A stretch of 5,121 nt of DNA from a virus: positions 9,693 through 14,813 of IMG/VR virus record IMGVR_UViG_3300029700_000120; one strand, written 5' to 3'. Each line of letters opens with the position of its first letter. Position 1 is the first letter of the stretch. Shown in pieces: positions 3,503 through 5,121 of the stretch. Made by a program: the position numbers and the translations under genes. The notes beneath the pieces are model-generated. The model ran no database searches and had not been told where the DNA came from. It saw only the letters and a program-made list of their open reading frames with translations.

Positions 3503-4858
3503 TTACTCTATAATTGCTGTTCTTGATTCTGCATCCCATGTAACTTCAAAGCCCATTTCTTCTGAAAGGAAGCGCAGAGGAACCATTGTTTTGCCATTTA
3601 TAAGACGAGCTGGGACATCCATGGTGGCAGGTGTGTTATTTACTTCTGCATTAGTATCATCTATCGCAAATGTAACTGCTGTATTATCAAGTGTTGCTGT
3701 TGCTGTCTGTGTTTCCTGATTCCATTCAACATCTGCGCCCATCTGCTCAAATAAGAAGCGCATAGGCACAAGTGTACTGCCGTCTTCTATTACAGGCGGT
3801 GTTTCAAAACCAAGTATTTTGTCTTGGAATTGTACATATATATCACTTGCATTTAATACTTCATCTATTTTTTCAATAGGACAAGAATAGAACCCTTTTA
3901 TATAACCGGAGTTGTCTTTTAAATAAAATTCAAATCTATTATCTTTTAGTTCAAAAACATCGCAAAGCAGACAATTTTCTAAAGGCAGGTCTATTATAGT
4001 AAAATATACCCCATCCTTTGATACAGCTACTTTCCCAGGCAGTTCTCTTCCATCATATGCAAGATTTGCAAATAAATAATCATGAACCTGAATAATTTCA
4101 CCAATATCGACACTCTCATAGATAATGCCCTGCTTTGTAACACCATTTTGAGATAATGCTATATCCCCCATATCCTGTGTGAAATATCTATCATATTGCA
4201 GCTTACCATTTCTAATAAACAATTCATGTCCGTCGTTTATAATCGGTATACCACCGCTCTCATTGTATACATGCCAATTTTCGAAATCCGTTGAATAATA
4301 TGATTTTTCCTCTGACACAACATTCATATGGGTTTCAGGGATATATTCACCATATTGAGAATATGTATTTATATAATACACTCCATTTATGTATGACATA
4401 TCGCTTACATAATCTCCGGAATAAGATTTTAAAACATTAAAATTCTTATCCAATAAAATAATATTATCATCTCTAGTCGCATAATTAAGACCATGACGTT
4501 TATGATTTTTTTCCCTAATCATATATCCATCATTCGTTTCAATAACTTGTGAAGTAGGTATATTACTTGAATTTACCAACCTGTCCAGAAATTTGTAATT
4601 ACTATCGGTGACTGCATTCCTCCAATTGACTTTATCTTTTGAATATGTGGCTTCCCATGCCGATGCATTGTGTGCAGAGCCATCATAATATACTGAAAAA
4701 TACCCTTGTCCCGTATATACAACTCTATCTTTAGGGTCGATTCTTTCATGTTCAAAATCAATCGCATATGTATCATTGCTGTGGATAATTCCAATCATCA
4801 TCATAATTATGCAAATTATTAACAATCTGTATGGGGTTTTCTTTATTATCTTTTCCAT
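3503..4858 (-). CDS. Secreted protein: signal peptide, unassigned beta-rich N-terminal region, C-terminal copper-amine-oxidase-N-terminal-like (stalk) domain
   Basis: I prefer ATG at 4858 (MEKIIKKTPYRLLIICIIMMMIGIIHSNDTYA-IDFE) because AAGGAGAG (rc of 4866-4873) lies 7 nt upstream. ATG at 4876 (ORF track) has no SD. The N-terminus has K-rich n-, hydrophobic h- and TYA c-regions. The C-terminal ~110 aa (nt 3506-3841) carry the duplicated stalk-domain pattern: VIEDGSTLVPMRFLFEQMGADVEWNQETQTATA and LINGKTMVPLRFLSEEMGFEVTWDAESRTAII. Confidence 0.85.
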   Translation of the reverse strand: MEKIIKKTPYRLLIICIIMMMIGIIHSNDTYAIDFEHERIDPKDRVVYTGQGYFSVYYDGSAHNASAWEATYSKDKVNWRNAVTDSNYKFLDRLVNSSNIPTSQVIETNDGYMIREKNHKRHGLNYATRDDNIILLDKNFNVLKSYSGDYVSDMSYINGVYYINTYSQYGEYIPETHMNVVSEEKSYYSTDFENWHVYNESGGIPIINDGHELFIRNGKLQYDRYFTQDMGDIALSQNGVTKQGIIYESVDIGEIIQVHDYLFANLAYDGRELPGKVAVSKDGVYFTIIDLPLENCLLCDVFELKDNRFEFYLKDNSGYIKGFYSCPIEKIDEVLNASDIYVQFQDKILGFETPPVIEDGSTLVPMRFLFEQMGADVEWNQETQTATATLDNTAVTFAIDDTNAEVNNTPATMDVPARLINGKTMVPLRFLSEEMGFEVTWDAESRTAIIE

Positions 4859-5121
4859 AATCTTTCTCTCCTTCATAGATTTTAAAACAATTTCTTATAC
4901 TACCGTCATTCGCTGTGAATAAACCTGTTTTCATCTTATATTCTATCTCTTGGTTGGGTTCTAATACAATATAATACATTACTTGCGCTCTTGTATAAGA
5001 ACCTTTGGATAACATTACCGGTTTTTTATGCAAATTCTCTAAATACAAAAATTCACATGAATCACTATCTAATATAAACTCAATAGTTTTTGTAGATTCT
5101 GTTGCATTTTTAAGTTTGATG
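4773..5121 (-). CDS. Hypothetical protein, N-terminus beyond the right edge (partial)
   Basis: The frame of ORF 4773-5048 stays open upstream of the listed TTG all the way to 5121 (...IKLKNATESTKTIEFILDSDSCEF-LYLENLHKKPVMLSKGSYTRAQVMYYIVLEPNQEIEYKMKTGLF...). No recognisable domain. Its last 86-104 nt overlap the start of the next gene in another frame. Confidence 0.5.
   Translation of the reverse strand, partial: IKLKNATESTKTIEFILDSDSCEFLYLENLHKKPVMLSKGSYTRAQVMYYIVLEPNQEIEYKMKTGLFTANDGSIRNCFKIYEGEKDYGKDNKENPIQIVNNLHNYDDDWNYPQQ

Noticed and set aside
1-5121. Scan for CRISPR arrays, tandem repeats, tRNA/tmRNA genes (att targets), IS terminal inverted repeats, and known defence or toxin-antitoxin gene pairs
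   Set aside because: I could find no regularly spaced direct repeats, no tRNA-like cloverleaf (the GGUGAAAAUCC stretch has only a 3-bp stem), no transposase, and no protein pair with toxin/antitoxin or defence-system hallmarks. The XRE gene and the 94-aa ORF are convergent with separate promoters, which is not a TA-like operon.

Overview
AT-rich (about one-third G+C by eye), Firmicutes/Clostridia-like DNA. It reads as the integrase-proximal end of an integrative element (ICE/IME/prophage-like). All genes except the XRE regulator are on the minus strand. Genes: a tyrosine integrase (1-1138, absent from the ORF track because it runs off the left edge), an excisionase-type HTH gene, a DeoR/HTH_11-type regulator, a plus-strand XRE regulator, a small helical ORF with a near-consensus promoter, a secreted protein with a C-terminal copper-amine-oxidase-N-terminal-like (stalk) domain, and a partial ORF at the right edge. 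Two long gene-free stretches are not explained by genes. (i) 1413-1808 holds a ~65% GC, hairpin-dense island directly downstream of an extended -10 promoter and upstream of xis-int. (ii) 2187-2648 holds three successive terminator-like hairpins plus recurring short motifs. In six imperfect hairpins across the window, the single non-Watson-Crick position is G.U in the minus sense and A.C in the plus sense. I read these stretches as an uncharacterised RNA/attenuation-type control region for the excision module. That is inference from sequence only. I recognised no known RNA family, defence system, CRISPR array, tRNA, rRNA or IS element. All protein calls rest on remembered motifs, not on searches.
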